A stretch of 64,000 nt of DNA from an uncultured Thermoleophilia bacterium. Its GTDB lineage: Bacteria > Actinomycetota > Thermoleophilia > RBG-16-64-13. The DNA lies in contig CAVYVU010000013.1 in assembly GCA_963772095.1 (NCBI GenBank), positions 39,358 to 103,357 of the forward strand, given 5' to 3'. Numbering within the stretch: the first letter of the stretch is position 1; the number at the start of each line of letters is the position of its first letter. Of this stretch, positions 21,691-31,341 are shown piece after piece. The position numbers and the translations under genes are program-made. The notes under the pieces were generated by a model. The model was not told where the DNA came from, made no database searches, and saw nothing but the letters and a program-made list of their open reading frames with translations.

Positions 21691-24600
21691 CTATCCCGTG
21701 GGTCTCTGCCGATGCCAGCCGTTTCTCCCGCGTTTCTTGCCCGCGTCCTCCACGAGCTTGAGCGCGAGCATGGCCACGTCATCGGAGAGCTCGCCACCGG
21801 AGAATGCAAGCACCTCGGCAAGGAGGGCTTGGGGCAATAGTTCCGGGGAGGGATCGTTCCAGCGCTCGAAGGCCTTGACAAGTCCCTCTTGTCCGAAGAA
21901 CTGGCCGTTGCGGCGCGCTTCTATGGCGCCGTCAGTATAGAGAAGAAGAAGATCGTCCTTCTCCAGCTCAACCTGGTCTTCTTTCCAGGAGTGATGCGGG
22001 AAGACCCCGACCGGCGCCGAAGCCGCCTCCAGAAGTTCCACCTCACCGCTCCGACTTCGAAGAAGGGCGTTCGGATGACCGGCTGAGGAATAGCTGAGAA
22101 CGCCAGTATCCGGGTCGAGAATGCCGAGAAAGACGGTGACAAAGCCTGAAGTACGCTTCTCGATGAGGAGATCATTCGTCTTACTTAAGACCACGTGCGG
22201 GTGACTGAACTGATGGGCGAAGGCGTGGACCACGTCTTTGACGAGGGTGGCTACTCTGGCCGCCTCTACCCCGTGGCCGGAGACGTCCCCGATCAAGATG
22301 GCCAGGCGGCCGTTCTTGACTTTAAGGACGTCGTAGAAGTCGCCGCCGACTGCGGCCTCCTTGGTGGCCGAGCGATAGAGATGGCCGAAAAGGATGCCAC
22401 CCGTTTGCTCAGGGATGTCAAGGAGGGCCTGCTGCAGCGTTTCGGCGATGTGACGCTGCATCTCCAGTTCCCGAAGCGCAGTGATATCCCGCGCGGCCGC
22501 AAAGACACCAAGCACCCTCCCCTCCTCGTCTTTGTAGAGGGAGGCGTTGTAATGGACGTCGGTGGTCTTGCCATCCCGGCCTCGGATGGTGAGGGGATAG
22601 TCGATGACCGAGCCTTCGGCAAAGACCTCGCGATAGCCCGCGCGCGCACTCTCTGGGTCGGTGAAGTAGTCGGAGAAGTCGGTACCGATGAGGTCCTCTC
22701 GCTTTCGGCCGGTGATCTTGATCGTGGCTTCGTTCACGTCGGTGATCTTGCCGTCGGGTCCGATAGTGACCAACGGATCAAGTGCCGCTTCAATCAGGCT
22801 TCGGTTGTACCTGTTTGACTGGAGCTCGTCGTTCTGGGCTCGCAGTTCCTCCTCACTGGCCGCCAGTTCTTCGGTCTGCGCCATCAGTTCCTCGTTGGCG
22901 GCCGCCAATTCTTCAACCAATCCCCGCTCCTGCTGGAGGAGCCTCTCGCGCTCCGCCTCGGCTAGCTTGCGCTCGGTAACGTCAGTGTTGGTGCCGAACC
23001 ATTGCAGCACTCGCCCGGTCTCGTCTTTCAGCGGCATGACGCGCGTCAGGAAGGGACGGAACAGTCCGTCGGCCCCGCGTAATGGGAACTCCATGTCGAA
23101 GGGTTGACCGGTGGCGATCGACCCCTGCCAGCGGGCAAGCACCGCCGGAAGCGCTTCGGGATCGTGCACGCTCTGCCAGCCCCAGCCCTCCATCCCTGCG
23201 AGCGTGGTACCGGTGTATTCGTACCAGCGCTGGTTGTACCAGTAGATGTAACCGTCGGCGTTGGCTATCCAGGCGAGCTGCGGCATGGCGTCGGCCATCG
23301 TGCGGAACCGCTCTTCGCTCTGCTGCAGCTCTTCCTGCGCCCGTATACGCTCAGTGACGTCTCGATTGGAGCCGCGTCGCCCGAGCAAACGACCATCGCC
23401 GTCCCGCACGGCCTGGCATGTGTGCTCTATCCAGCGCTGCTTTCCATCCGCATGAACGATCCGGAACTCCAGGTTGCTAGGCGCGGCATCCAAGTCCTCC
23501 AGGTGCAGTTTGACAGCACCCCGGTCTTCGGGACAAACGAGGCCAAGGAAGAGGCCCGGATCCGCCATGAACTCCTCGCATGAGTGTCCGGTCACCCGCT
23601 CCACCGACGGAGACATGTAGATGAACCGCCCGTCCGGGCCCAGCCAGTGCTCCCAGTCATAGGTAAAATCGGCCACGATCCGGTAGCGTTCCTCGCTTTC
23701 CGCCAGCCGAGCCGCTCTCAGGCGCAGCTGCTCTTCCAGAGTGGCCAGCTCCTCGTTGGCCGCCGCGAGTTCCTCGTTAGCGGCAGCGACTTCCTCGTTT
23801 TGGCACTGCAGCTCCTTGTTGGCAACACCGAGCGAGTCTGTCAAGGTCTCGCGCTCGGCTAGCATATGGCCTAGCAGGGCTTCCCGCTGGGCAGCGTTTC
23901 TCCGCACCCACTCCCCCGCCAAACCGGCCACGGCTGCGGCCAGGGTCCATAGGAGGATGGATACGACGATGGCCGGCCAGGCGACCGAACGGCCGAAATC
24001 GGTGAGGTACACGATGTACGCTGCTCCCCCCGCAAGGGCCACGACTATTCCTGTCAGGGGGCCAGCGATAATGGCGGCGATAACTCCGATGAGAGCGGTC
24101 GCCGCTCCGGGGATGCCAAGGTAGCGGCTCGGCGATCCAAGGTGACTTATGCCTAGGAAGAGCGCCACTTGCAGGACGGCCCCGATCAAGAACACCTGCC
24201 ATGCTCTTTGTCTCTCAAACACGCGCAGGCGCCCAACGGTCGACAGCACGCCGGCGAGGCTCTCCTCGTTCCTTTGCCGCACTTCTTCGGCCTGCTTGCG
24301 CCCGGTGATGTCCTGTACGGCGCCGAATCCGCCGGCAAGCTCGCCTCCTCTGTCGAACTCGAGCTCGGCTGTTTCGCGCACCCATTTGACGGCTTCGCCC
24401 GAAAGGATGCGGTGCTCGATGTCGTAGGGCGCACCGCCAAGAGCCGCCGTCCACGACCGATCTACGAAATCTCGATCCTCTGGATGAACAGCGGCCAAGA
24501 ACAGCTCATATGTCAGTGGCGTGCCCTGCGGAATCCCGAAGATCCGGTAGGCCTCGGCGGACCAGACCAGTTCGTTTCGCGCAAGGTCAAGCCGCCAACT

Positions 24601-26307
24601 ACCGGTGTGGGACAGCTTCTGGGCATGGGCGAGGTCCTGTTGGCTCTGACGCAGTGCTTGCTCGGCCTCATTTCGCGGGGAAAGGTCTCTCATGACAACC
24701 TGGGTGGCGAGGTGCCCATCGAACTCCACCCGTGAGCCGGTGATCTCGATCTCGATGGGAGTGCCGTCCAAGCGCAGTAGCCGGATCTGCCGAGGAGACA
24801 TCACCGCTCCCGCCAGGACTTGCCCCATCCGCTCGGCGACGAGCTCGCGGTCGTCGGGATGGACGTATTCGATTGCGTCTCTCCCGACCAGCTCACTCGG
24901 CGAGGAGGCACCGAGCATTCGGGCAGCCGCAGGATTGGCGAAGACATGCTTGCCCTCGGCGTCCACCAGAATAGCGTCCGGACTGAGGTCGACGAGGTTC
25001 TTGTAGCGATACTCGGTTTCTCTCAGCGCCCTTTGCAGAGGGAGGACCCAGACGCCGCCCTCGCGCTCCACGTTGAAGATGGCCACCAAGAGGAACACGC
25101 CGCCCAGCCACCCGCCCGCCCGGGTGAGCCAGGCAAGCGCAGAACCGGGGACGGCTCCTGTGAGGAGCACCCCTCCCAGGGCCACGCCGATCAGGGCCAG
25201 GCCGGAAAAACACCAGAGCAAGAATCGCGATGGCTCGCGACGGTGAAGGATGCGAAACGAGACCGAGGCCGTAAGCAGTTCAAGGACGCCCAGGCCAAGA
25301 AAGACGTCGCGCAGGGGGGTGTAGCCGTGGCCCTTTGCGAAGAACTCCGGGAGGACGCCGGTGAGCGTGGCCGCTGTTAGGAGTCCTATGAATGCGAGGA
25401 CACCGACATAGGGGGCGACGACATTCCACACTTGTCGGATAGGCCGCAGATCCGGCCCGTTCCCGGTCAAAGACCAGAACGCACTCAGCAGGAAGCACGC
25501 TCCGGCCAGGAAGATCCCCACGTTGCTCACGGTGACCGCTGCGTTCGGACGGGGGATAAGCAGCCCTCCGAGAAGGTAAGAGAGGCCCAGGAAGAGGGCA
25601 CCCCAGCCCAGGGGCCAGAGAGCGCGTGAGCCCCCGAGTAGGTAGCTCCGGGCGGCAAGAAACGCCATGATGAAAAGAGACGCTGCCAAGCACAGGGTGT
25701 TGAGCGTCGCGAGCAGCACCGCGGACTCGTGCGAGGAGTTGACACCCAGAACGCGGAGGATAGCCACCGCCGCGATGAGCAAGGGGATGGCAACCCAGAC
25801 CCAGCGCCCCACCCCCGGCGACGGGCGCTTCTCATCTGAGGGCGCCAGGCTCGCGGGAGCCGGGGTCAAGGAAAAGCCCGGCGCCGTCGGGGGACTCGCG
25901 CTTACCAGAAAGAAGGTGAGGGAGACCTGGGTCTTGCCCCCCGCTAGTCGCGAGACGTGCACCTGGTCGGCAAGCGACACCATGAGGGGAAGGCCCAGAC
26001 CCCGGCGACGGTGCTGGTCATCCTTGTAGAGGCCGGGCTGGAACGTCCCGTCGTTGGTGATCTCGACGATCAGGCAGTCAGGCAGGACCCAGGCCGCTAT
26101 CTCCACCGCGCTCGCGGCATGCTCGATGGCGTTGGCCGTGGCTTCGGAAACGGCTACCTGGAGATCAAAGATACGATCCTCGGGAAGCTGGGCGATGCGC
26201 CCAACCTCTTCCATCAGCCCTCTGGCCTTGGACAGCTCGGAAAGGTCAGCGGCGATTAGGAGATGGAAGAACCGGTCTTGGTCCTTCGGCCTAGGCGCTT
26301 CAGACAT
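21691..26307 (-). CDS. Multidomain RsbW-like HATPase + MASE3-like TM + multiple PAS + second TM block + SpoIIE/PP2C phosphatase (1538 aa)
   Basis: N-terminal VSEATANAIEH...RGLGLPLM; five PAS/PAC-like units (e.g. VHPDDRELV, VHPEDRDFV, SVHDPEA); C-terminal GGDFYD, IGDVSGHG, SAGHP, LLYTDGAIE, DDVAML. Confidence 0.9.
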   Translation of the reverse strand: MSEAPRPKDQDRFFHLLIAADLSELSKARGLMEEVGRIAQLPEDRIFDLQVAVSEATANAIEHAASAVEIAAWVLPDCLIVEITNDGTFQPGLYKDDQHRRRGLGLPLMVSLADQVHVSRLAGGKTQVSLTFFLVSASPPTAPGFSLTPAPASLAPSDEKRPSPGVGRWVWVAIPLLIAAVAILRVLGVNSSHESAVLLATLNTLCLAASLFIMAFLAARSYLLGGSRALWPLGWGALFLGLSYLLGGLLIPRPNAAVTVSNVGIFLAGACFLLSAFWSLTGNGPDLRPIRQVWNVVAPYVGVLAFIGLLTAATLTGVLPEFFAKGHGYTPLRDVFLGLGVLELLTASVSFRILHRREPSRFLLWCFSGLALIGVALGGVLLTGAVPGSALAWLTRAGGWLGGVFLLVAIFNVEREGGVWVLPLQRALRETEYRYKNLVDLSPDAILVDAEGKHVFANPAAARMLGASSPSELVGRDAIEYVHPDDRELVAERMGQVLAGAVMSPRQIRLLRLDGTPIEIEITGSRVEFDGHLATQVVMRDLSPRNEAEQALRQSQQDLAHAQKLSHTGSWRLDLARNELVWSAEAYRIFGIPQGTPLTYELFLAAVHPEDRDFVDRSWTAALGGAPYDIEHRILSGEAVKWVRETAELEFDRGGELAGGFGAVQDITGRKQAEEVRQRNEESLAGVLSTVGRLRVFERQRAWQVFLIGAVLQVALFLGISHLGSPSRYLGIPGAATALIGVIAAIIAGPLTGIVVALAGGAAYIVYLTDFGRSVAWPAIVVSILLWTLAAAVAGLAGEWVRRNAAQREALLGHMLAERETLTDSLGVANKELQCQNEEVAAANEELAAANEELATLEEQLRLRAARLAESEERYRIVADFTYDWEHWLGPDGRFIYMSPSVERVTGHSCEEFMADPGLFLGLVCPEDRGAVKLHLEDLDAAPSNLEFRIVHADGKQRWIEHTCQAVRDGDGRLLGRRGSNRDVTERIRAQEELQQSEERFRTMADAMPQLAWIANADGYIYWYNQRWYEYTGTTLAGMEGWGWQSVHDPEALPAVLARWQGSIATGQPFDMEFPLRGADGLFRPFLTRVMPLKDETGRVLQWFGTNTDVTERKLAEAERERLLQQERGLVEELAAANEELMAQTEELAASEEELRAQNDELQSNRYNRSLIEAALDPLVTIGPDGKITDVNEATIKITGRKREDLIGTDFSDYFTDPESARAGYREVFAEGSVIDYPLTIRGRDGKTTDVHYNASLYKDEEGRVLGVFAAARDITALRELEMQRHIAETLQQALLDIPEQTGGILFGHLYRSATKEAAVGGDFYDVLKVKNGRLAILIGDVSGHGVEAARVATLVKDVVHAFAHQFSHPHVVLSKTNDLLIEKRTSGFVTVFLGILDPDTGVLSYSSAGHPNALLRSRSGEVELLEAASAPVGVFPHHSWKEDQVELEKDDLLLLYTDGAIEARRNGQFFGQEGLVKAFERWNDPSPELLPQALLAEVLAFSGGELSDDVAMLALKLVEDAGKKRGRNGWHRQRPTG

Positions 26308-26313
26308 AGCGCC

Positions 26314-26655
26314 TCAACTCTTCACGGCGACTGCCGCCTCCCGAGAGCTGGAGAATACCCGAAAGTCGGGGTCATCCGTCAACCCGGTTATTTCAAAAAG
26401 GCGGAGCAGGTTTCCGCTGGGAGCTATGACTCCAAGCCAGCCCTTGCCCCTGACCTCGCGCACAGCATAGAGAAGGACGGAAAGGCCGCCACTATCGAGG
26501 TAAGGGCAGCCAGCCAGATCTAGAAGGAGGTGCATGCCGTTCGCCCGGAGGGCCTCTTGGACAGATTGCTCGAAGACTGGGGCGGTTAGATGATCCAGGT
26601 CCCCTGTCACCTTAAGTACGGGCAGTCCAGATAGTGAGGACTCGAGAACTTCCAT
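26314..26655 (-). CDS. STAS-domain anti-sigma factor antagonist (RsbV/SpoIIAA-like)
   Basis: VTGDLD...LLLDLAGCPYLDSGGL with the phospho-acceptor Ser; LFEITGL. Confidence 0.9.
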   Translation of the reverse strand: MEVLESSLSGLPVLKVTGDLDHLTAPVFEQSVQEALRANGMHLLLDLAGCPYLDSGGLSVLLYAVREVRGKGWLGVIAPSGNLLRLFEITGLTDDPDFRVFSSSREAAVAVKS

Positions 26656-27157
26656 CCCTCTCCCTCGAAGACCAAGTTGGGGGCGCGCGCCAATTCTACA
26701 GCAGGCTAACTAGCAGTGTGTGGGCGGGCTACGGCAGTCTTCCCCTTCGACACTTCTCTACATGTCCGGCAGGGGCGAGGTTGTGCCCTGACAGCAAACG
26801 CGACCGACTTGCTCGGTGTCATTTCGGCTCACTCATTATCATCGCTTTGCACGCCGGTAGGGTGTGGGTAGCTGCGCAAGACGAGGGTTTTGGAGACTCG
26901 GTGGTGCGCTGGCCGTTCCGATGAGCGAGTCAATCGGCGTAAGGTCATGGGCTCGTTTACCCGACGCCACCAAACGGTGCCCTTCCGGCGATGCTCAGGT
27001 GCAAACCCAAGGTTGTTCGCCGAATCAAAGAGATCGGCACCCTTTGCTTATCGACCCCCGCCTGTGGGAATGAAGAGAGGGGCGATCGAGAGTTGGTTCC
27101 CATCCTGAGGTCACCGCGGTTCGGAGCGGACCCCGAGAGGAGTCAGACAGTGGACAG

Positions 27158-27451
27158 GTGAAGATAAGACTCTGGCTCACCCCGTGCGCCTGGCGCTCCT
27201 TAAACGCTCTTCGCGATGACGAGGGCAGCGTGGGCGGCTTGACGGAGGCCATCGGTTCCACGCAGCCCCTGGTCTCACAACATCTGGCTGAGCTACGCAA
27301 TCAGGGGCTCCTTCGCAACCGGCGGAACGGGAGTGAGGTCTTTTACAGCATCGCCTGCCCGAAGATGGTCCAGGCCAGCGACCTGTTGCGCGAGGTGCTC
27401 TTCGAGCATTTGCGGGCCCAAGAGGAGCTGTCTCGTCGGGTGACCGGCTAA
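27158..27451 (+). CDS. ArsR/SmtB family regulator, 5' end frameshifted or degenerate
   Basis: QPLVSQHLAELR..GLL..RRNGSEVFYSI; removing one A at 27202-27204 restores KTLAHPVRLALLNAL. Confidence 0.75.
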   Translation: MKIRLWLTPCAWRSLNALRDDEGSVGGLTEAIGSTQPLVSQHLAELRNQGLLRNRRNGSEVFYSIACPKMVQASDLLREVLFEHLRAQEELSRRVTG

Positions 27452-27511
27452 TTGAGGTGATGACCACAAGAGACCATGGTTTCGAAAATTCGTTGTAAAC
27501 CGGAGGGAGAA

Positions 27512-27739
27512 ATGAGAGACCTCTCGGGCATGAGCATTGCCGAAGTAGATGAATACTTGTCAAAGTTGAAGGCAGACCTTGAAGAAGTTGAAGAGGAGAG
27601 AATGTTTGTCCTGAGTCAAGCTGGTCTTCACGTGTCTGCCGGGGCAGTTAAGAAATATGAAGCTGAGATCAACGAGCTAAAGGCTAGGATCGAGGAAGTG
27701 GAACAAGTCGTTCACGCCAAGAAGAGGGGGCAAACATGA
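27512..27739 (+). CDS. Small coiled-coil hypothetical protein
   Basis: 75 aa acidic/heptad-rich ORF after SD GGAGGGAGA. Confidence 0.65.
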   Translation: MRDLSGMSIAEVDEYLSKLKADLEEVEEERMFVLSQAGLHVSAGAVKKYEAEINELKARIEEVEQVVHAKKRGQT

Positions 27740-28047
27740 GTAACTGCGGACTCCGGAGAACTGTCCTGCTCTTAGGCCTAGAGATCTGAAAACGTTCGCC
27801 GCGGCTGAGAATACGACCCGTAGTCAGCTCGGCCTAGAAGATCCGCCGTCAATCTCGGCGGAGGGAGAGTGGCCTGGATGATAACCGGCAGTTCTCAACA
27901 GATCGGAAGAATGAGCAGCAGTCGTTCTTCACCATTCACGAGAAGGGAATCCACAGGAGGAGGGGAGATGGTACCCACAGCCAAGTGTGCCATCGCTCGC
28001 GGCTACGCAGTCGATGCTACCCGCTGGGGAATAGTACATTTGTAAAC

Positions 28048-29544
28048 TCACCTGCTCACCCCCGGGGCTGGCGAGTCTCGAGCGGCCGCGGGTCGATTCC
28101 TGTAGGCAGCCACGAACATCAAGAACCGCCAGACATCGGAGAACGTGGATGCCAGCCCGAGCGAGACGCGGATAGTGTTGGGCACCTTGCCGGTGGCATC
28201 CTCGATTGCTCTCTGGCACTCTCTCAGGCTCATCGCCATCCGAAGGTCGGGGAAGCAGCGCTGCATGTCTTCCTGGGTAATGTTGTGCGCCACCTCGCCG
28301 GCGCCAGGGTTGCAGAAACATCCAGTGCGGATGGAGATGCGCTGGCGACCGGCGGCCACCTCAACCTCGGAGACGTCGTGCGGCCGACCGCTGGGGTCGA
28401 GAAGATGCAGCGCAATGGTCGCGCCACGACGATCCATGTCAGTCGGCCCAAAGATGCGCACCACTGGCCCGCCCTCGTCATGACGCATGCGCTGCAGCTC
28501 GTCGAGGAGCCAGCCGGTCAGCAAGCGCGTGCGCGTGTGTATGGTTTCAATGCCGACGCGCTCCAGGTGACGTAGCCCGATGGTGACGGCCGGCACACCG
28601 AGATAGTCCACCGTACCATCCTCGAAGCCGGCTGCGCCGGGGGCGAGATGGTACCAGCTCTCGCGCTGGACCGATGCCACCGTGATAGTTCCGCCGGCGA
28701 ACCACGGGCGCCGCAGCTTCGCTAGCTTCTCGCGACGCACGATTAACGCCCCGACGCCGGTCGGATATCCGAACATCTTGTAGAAGGAGAGCACGACGTA
28801 GTCTGGCTTGACTGCCCCCAGATCGAGGCCGTTGGTCGGCACATAGCCAGCACAGTCCAGCAGAACGTCCCAGCCTAGAGACTGTGCTTCGGCGACCCAG
28901 CCCAGCGGATGCTGCACGCCGCTGAAGTTGGACTGGGCCGGATAGGCGAAAAGATGATCCGGTCTCGATCCAGCTTCACGGAGTCCGCTCCTAAGCAGAT
29001 CCTCGTCCAAGCGCAAGTCTGGCATGCGGACGGGCACGTAGTTGACGGCTGCACCTTTCCGGCGTGCGAACTCACGGATGCCGTTCACGGAATTGTGGTT
29101 GTCATAGGTCAAGAGATAGACGGAGCCGGGACGGAACGGGTACGCCTCGCCCACCAGCTTCAGAGCGGCGCTGGCATTGGCGCAGAAGACGACCTCGTAC
29201 TCCTCGGCCGCAGCGTTGAAGTATCGGAGTACGGCGCGGCGCGCCTCGGCGACAAGCTCAGAGGAAGCGGCCGACGCCGGATTGGCGGAATGCGGATTGC
29301 CGAGCACGCGGCCTGCGAGCATGTCGTGATGGCAGCGGAGTTGCGACTCTGCGTACAGCCCGCCGCCCATGTAGTCGAGATACGTGTCGCCGAGCTGATC
29401 GAGACGGCCATAGTCGGTCCTGCGCAGATCGTCGAGCGCCGCCGTGGCCCGATAGTCGGGATAGCGCCGAAGGAACTCCTCCTCGGCGCGCTGGAGATCG
29501 CCGGTCGCATACGGCTTTCGATCGTCAGACGGCACCCGACTCAT
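28048..29544 (-). CDS. Class V PLP enzyme, molybdenum-cofactor-sulfurase/NifS-like
   Basis: YLDYMGGG, LGNPHS, DNHNSVNGIRE, AYPAQSNFSG, PLP Lys in SFYKMFGYPTGVGAL, and RTGCFCNPG. Confidence 0.85.
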   Translation of the reverse strand: MSRVPSDDRKPYATGDLQRAEEEFLRRYPDYRATAALDDLRRTDYGRLDQLGDTYLDYMGGGLYAESQLRCHHDMLAGRVLGNPHSANPASAASSELVAEARRAVLRYFNAAAEEYEVVFCANASAALKLVGEAYPFRPGSVYLLTYDNHNSVNGIREFARRKGAAVNYVPVRMPDLRLDEDLLRSGLREAGSRPDHLFAYPAQSNFSGVQHPLGWVAEAQSLGWDVLLDCAGYVPTNGLDLGAVKPDYVVLSFYKMFGYPTGVGALIVRREKLAKLRRPWFAGGTITVASVQRESWYHLAPGAAGFEDGTVDYLGVPAVTIGLRHLERVGIETIHTRTRLLTGWLLDELQRMRHDEGGPVVRIFGPTDMDRRGATIALHLLDPSGRPHDVSEVEVAAGRQRISIRTGCFCNPGAGEVAHNITQEDMQRCFPDLRMAMSLRECQRAIEDATGKVPNTIRVSLGLASTFSDVWRFLMFVAAYRNRPAAARDSPAPGVSR

Positions 29545-29621
29545 CTGCAACACCTCAGTCCCAGCGGCCATGCATCGAGGGACATCTCGTTGTTGTCTTG
29601 GGTTTCCGGTTTTGCTGCTTA

Positions 29622-30596
29622 TCAATCCATGGGGATGGCAAACAGTGACGCCACCCCGCCGGAATGGAGGAACACGATGGTTTCATCATCATTGAAGTAA
29701 CCTTTGGCGCACAGGTCGAGCAGACCGGCAAAGGTCTTGCCCGTGTATACCGGGTCGAGGAAGATGCCTTCGTTTTCAGCCATCAACCTGATCGCCGCGT
29801 TGCCCTGTTCGGACGGCTTGGAATAGCCCGGGCCGACATAATCTTCCATGACAACATCGTCACGGGTCAGCCGGAGCTCTGTTTCCAGAATCTCGCAGGC
29901 GCCGTTCGCCATATCAAAGACCTGTCCCTGGAAATCTTCTTCCGGCGAGACGATGATGCCGGTGACCTTGGCGCCGTTGCCGAACAGCTTGGCGCCCAGA
30001 ACAATGCCGGCGTGCGTACCGCCGGAACCGGCGCAGCAGACGATATGGTCGATCTTCACATCCTGTGCCACGGCCTGTTCCATCATCTCTTTGATGCAGT
30101 TGACGTAGCCGATGCTGCCCAGCGGTGTGGAGGCGCCCACTGGGATGATGTACGGCTTTTTGCCGGCTACGCGCAGTTCGTCAGAGATGTGTTCAATCTC
30201 GGCGTAGACCTCGTCATAATCGTCGCTGTCCACGAACACGACTTTGACTCCCATCAAATCGTCCAGCAGCAGATTGCCTTTCTTTTCCGTGACGCCGCGT
30301 TGTTTCAATACCAAAATCACATCTAGGCCAAGGCGCTTGCAGCACGCCGCTGTTATCGTCGCATGGTTGGACTGGGCGGCACCGGTAGTGATGATCGTAT
30401 CGCAACCTTTTGCCTTCGCGTCAGCCAGAAGGTATTCCAGTTTCCTGACCTTGTTGCCGCCGAGGGCGACGCCGGTCATGTCGTCTCTCTTGATGTAGAC
30501 CAGTTTGCCGCTGACTTTGCTGATATTGTTCAGCTTATAGAAAGGAGTAGGCAAAATGCCTAACTCTAGCTTGGGGATATCGGCTATATCTTTCAG
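29622..30596 (-). CDS. D-cysteine desulfhydrase / ACC deaminase family PLP enzyme
   Basis: IKRDDMTG..LGGNKVRKLEYL, QSNHA, GSGGTHAG, LDPVYTGK, FLHSGG; the frame extends upstream to a CTG at 30596 (KDIADIPKLELGILPTP). Confidence 0.9.
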   Translation of the reverse strand: MKDIADIPKLELGILPTPFYKLNNISKVSGKLVYIKRDDMTGVALGGNKVRKLEYLLADAKAKGCDTIITTGAAQSNHATITAACCKRLGLDVILVLKQRGVTEKKGNLLLDDLMGVKVVFVDSDDYDEVYAEIEHISDELRVAGKKPYIIPVGASTPLGSIGYVNCIKEMMEQAVAQDVKIDHIVCCAGSGGTHAGIVLGAKLFGNGAKVTGIIVSPEEDFQGQVFDMANGACEILETELRLTRDDVVMEDYVGPGYSKPSEQGNAAIRLMAENEGIFLDPVYTGKTFAGLLDLCAKGYFNDDETIVFLHSGGVASLFAIPMD

Positions 30597-30598
30597 TT

Positions 30599-30760
30599 TT
30601 ATCCTTCCTTTCTGCCCACCCGCTCAGCCTTCTCAATTTCCCGGCGTGTCGGCAACGCGTTCCAGGCATCACCAGTTTCAATCGATTCCGCCCCTGTTAG
30701 CAGACAGACCGCAACCGCGGCGAGGCGCCTCAAGTCTCCCGCGTCAGCAATGAGACGGAC
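30599..30760 (-). pseudogene. Possible 3' remnant of a PfkB-family sugar kinase
   Basis: Open frame ...AAVAVCLLTGAESIETGDAWNALPTRREIEKAE...EG* resembles the PfkB tail (ANAVGA...GDxxGLPTREE); no room or start for the rest. Confidence 0.35.
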
Positions 30761-30776
30761 GGGCGCTCGAACGTGT

Positions 30777-31253
30777 CTATAGGGGAACCGCCGGGATCGG
30801 TATCCCCCGTGCCCTCATGAGACAGCAAGGATTGTGGATTTCCCGTAAGCGCTTGATCTTACCGTCCTCCATTTCAAACGAGATGATGTAGTGGTTCTCG
30901 TAGATGCGATTCTGATTCAGGTTCATCTTAAGAATCATCTTGCCCCGACCATCACACTCGACGAAAAACATGTTGGGATTCTGGGTTTGGTAGATCTGCG
31001 CGTTGTAGAAGCCCCAATCGGGAAACATCTCGAAGTCGCCCACGGTGTTCCACTCCACCGCAGCTTTCCCAAAGGGCACACAATCCGCCGTAAAAGTCAG
31101 CTCGAAGGCGGCGTTATCAGCGAACAGCGGCGCGCGCTTGTTCCTGCGTTCCGGTCCTCTTAGGGTCATGTAGTACTCGACGGTCTTGAGGTTCTTTTGG
31201 CGCAGTTGTTCATCTTCCAGGCTCAGCGAGAAGCCAGTTGTTGTTCCAGACAT
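30777..31253 (-). CDS. PhzA/PhzB family protein (copy 1)
   Basis: RQKNLKTVEYYM, FPDWGFYN, PNMFFVECDGRG, YENHYIISFEMEDGKIKRLREIHNP, closely following the PhzB pattern. Confidence 0.88.
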   Translation of the reverse strand: MSGTTTGFSLSLEDEQLRQKNLKTVEYYMTLRGPERRNKRAPLFADNAAFELTFTADCVPFGKAAVEWNTVGDFEMFPDWGFYNAQIYQTQNPNMFFVECDGRGKMILKMNLNQNRIYENHYIISFEMEDGKIKRLREIHNPCCLMRARGIPIPAVPL

Positions 31254-31341
31254 GAGACTCCTCCCTTCGTGGTTGTGCGGGCCCTCGCAAGGGAACTGAC
31301 CCTCACGGCTTGACTTCTTGGAGGGGCTCGGTGCTCAGGCG

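Noticed and set aside
26985-27055. Fluoride or c-di-GMP riboswitch upstream of arsR
   Set aside because: Nested stems (GGTGCC/GGCACC, CGGCGA/TCGCCG) exist, but spacing and conserved motifs do not fit either family
27968-28045. 25-aa ORF with a strong SD (MVPTAKCAIARG...)
   Set aside because: No motif or other support; could be a remnant, cannot be called
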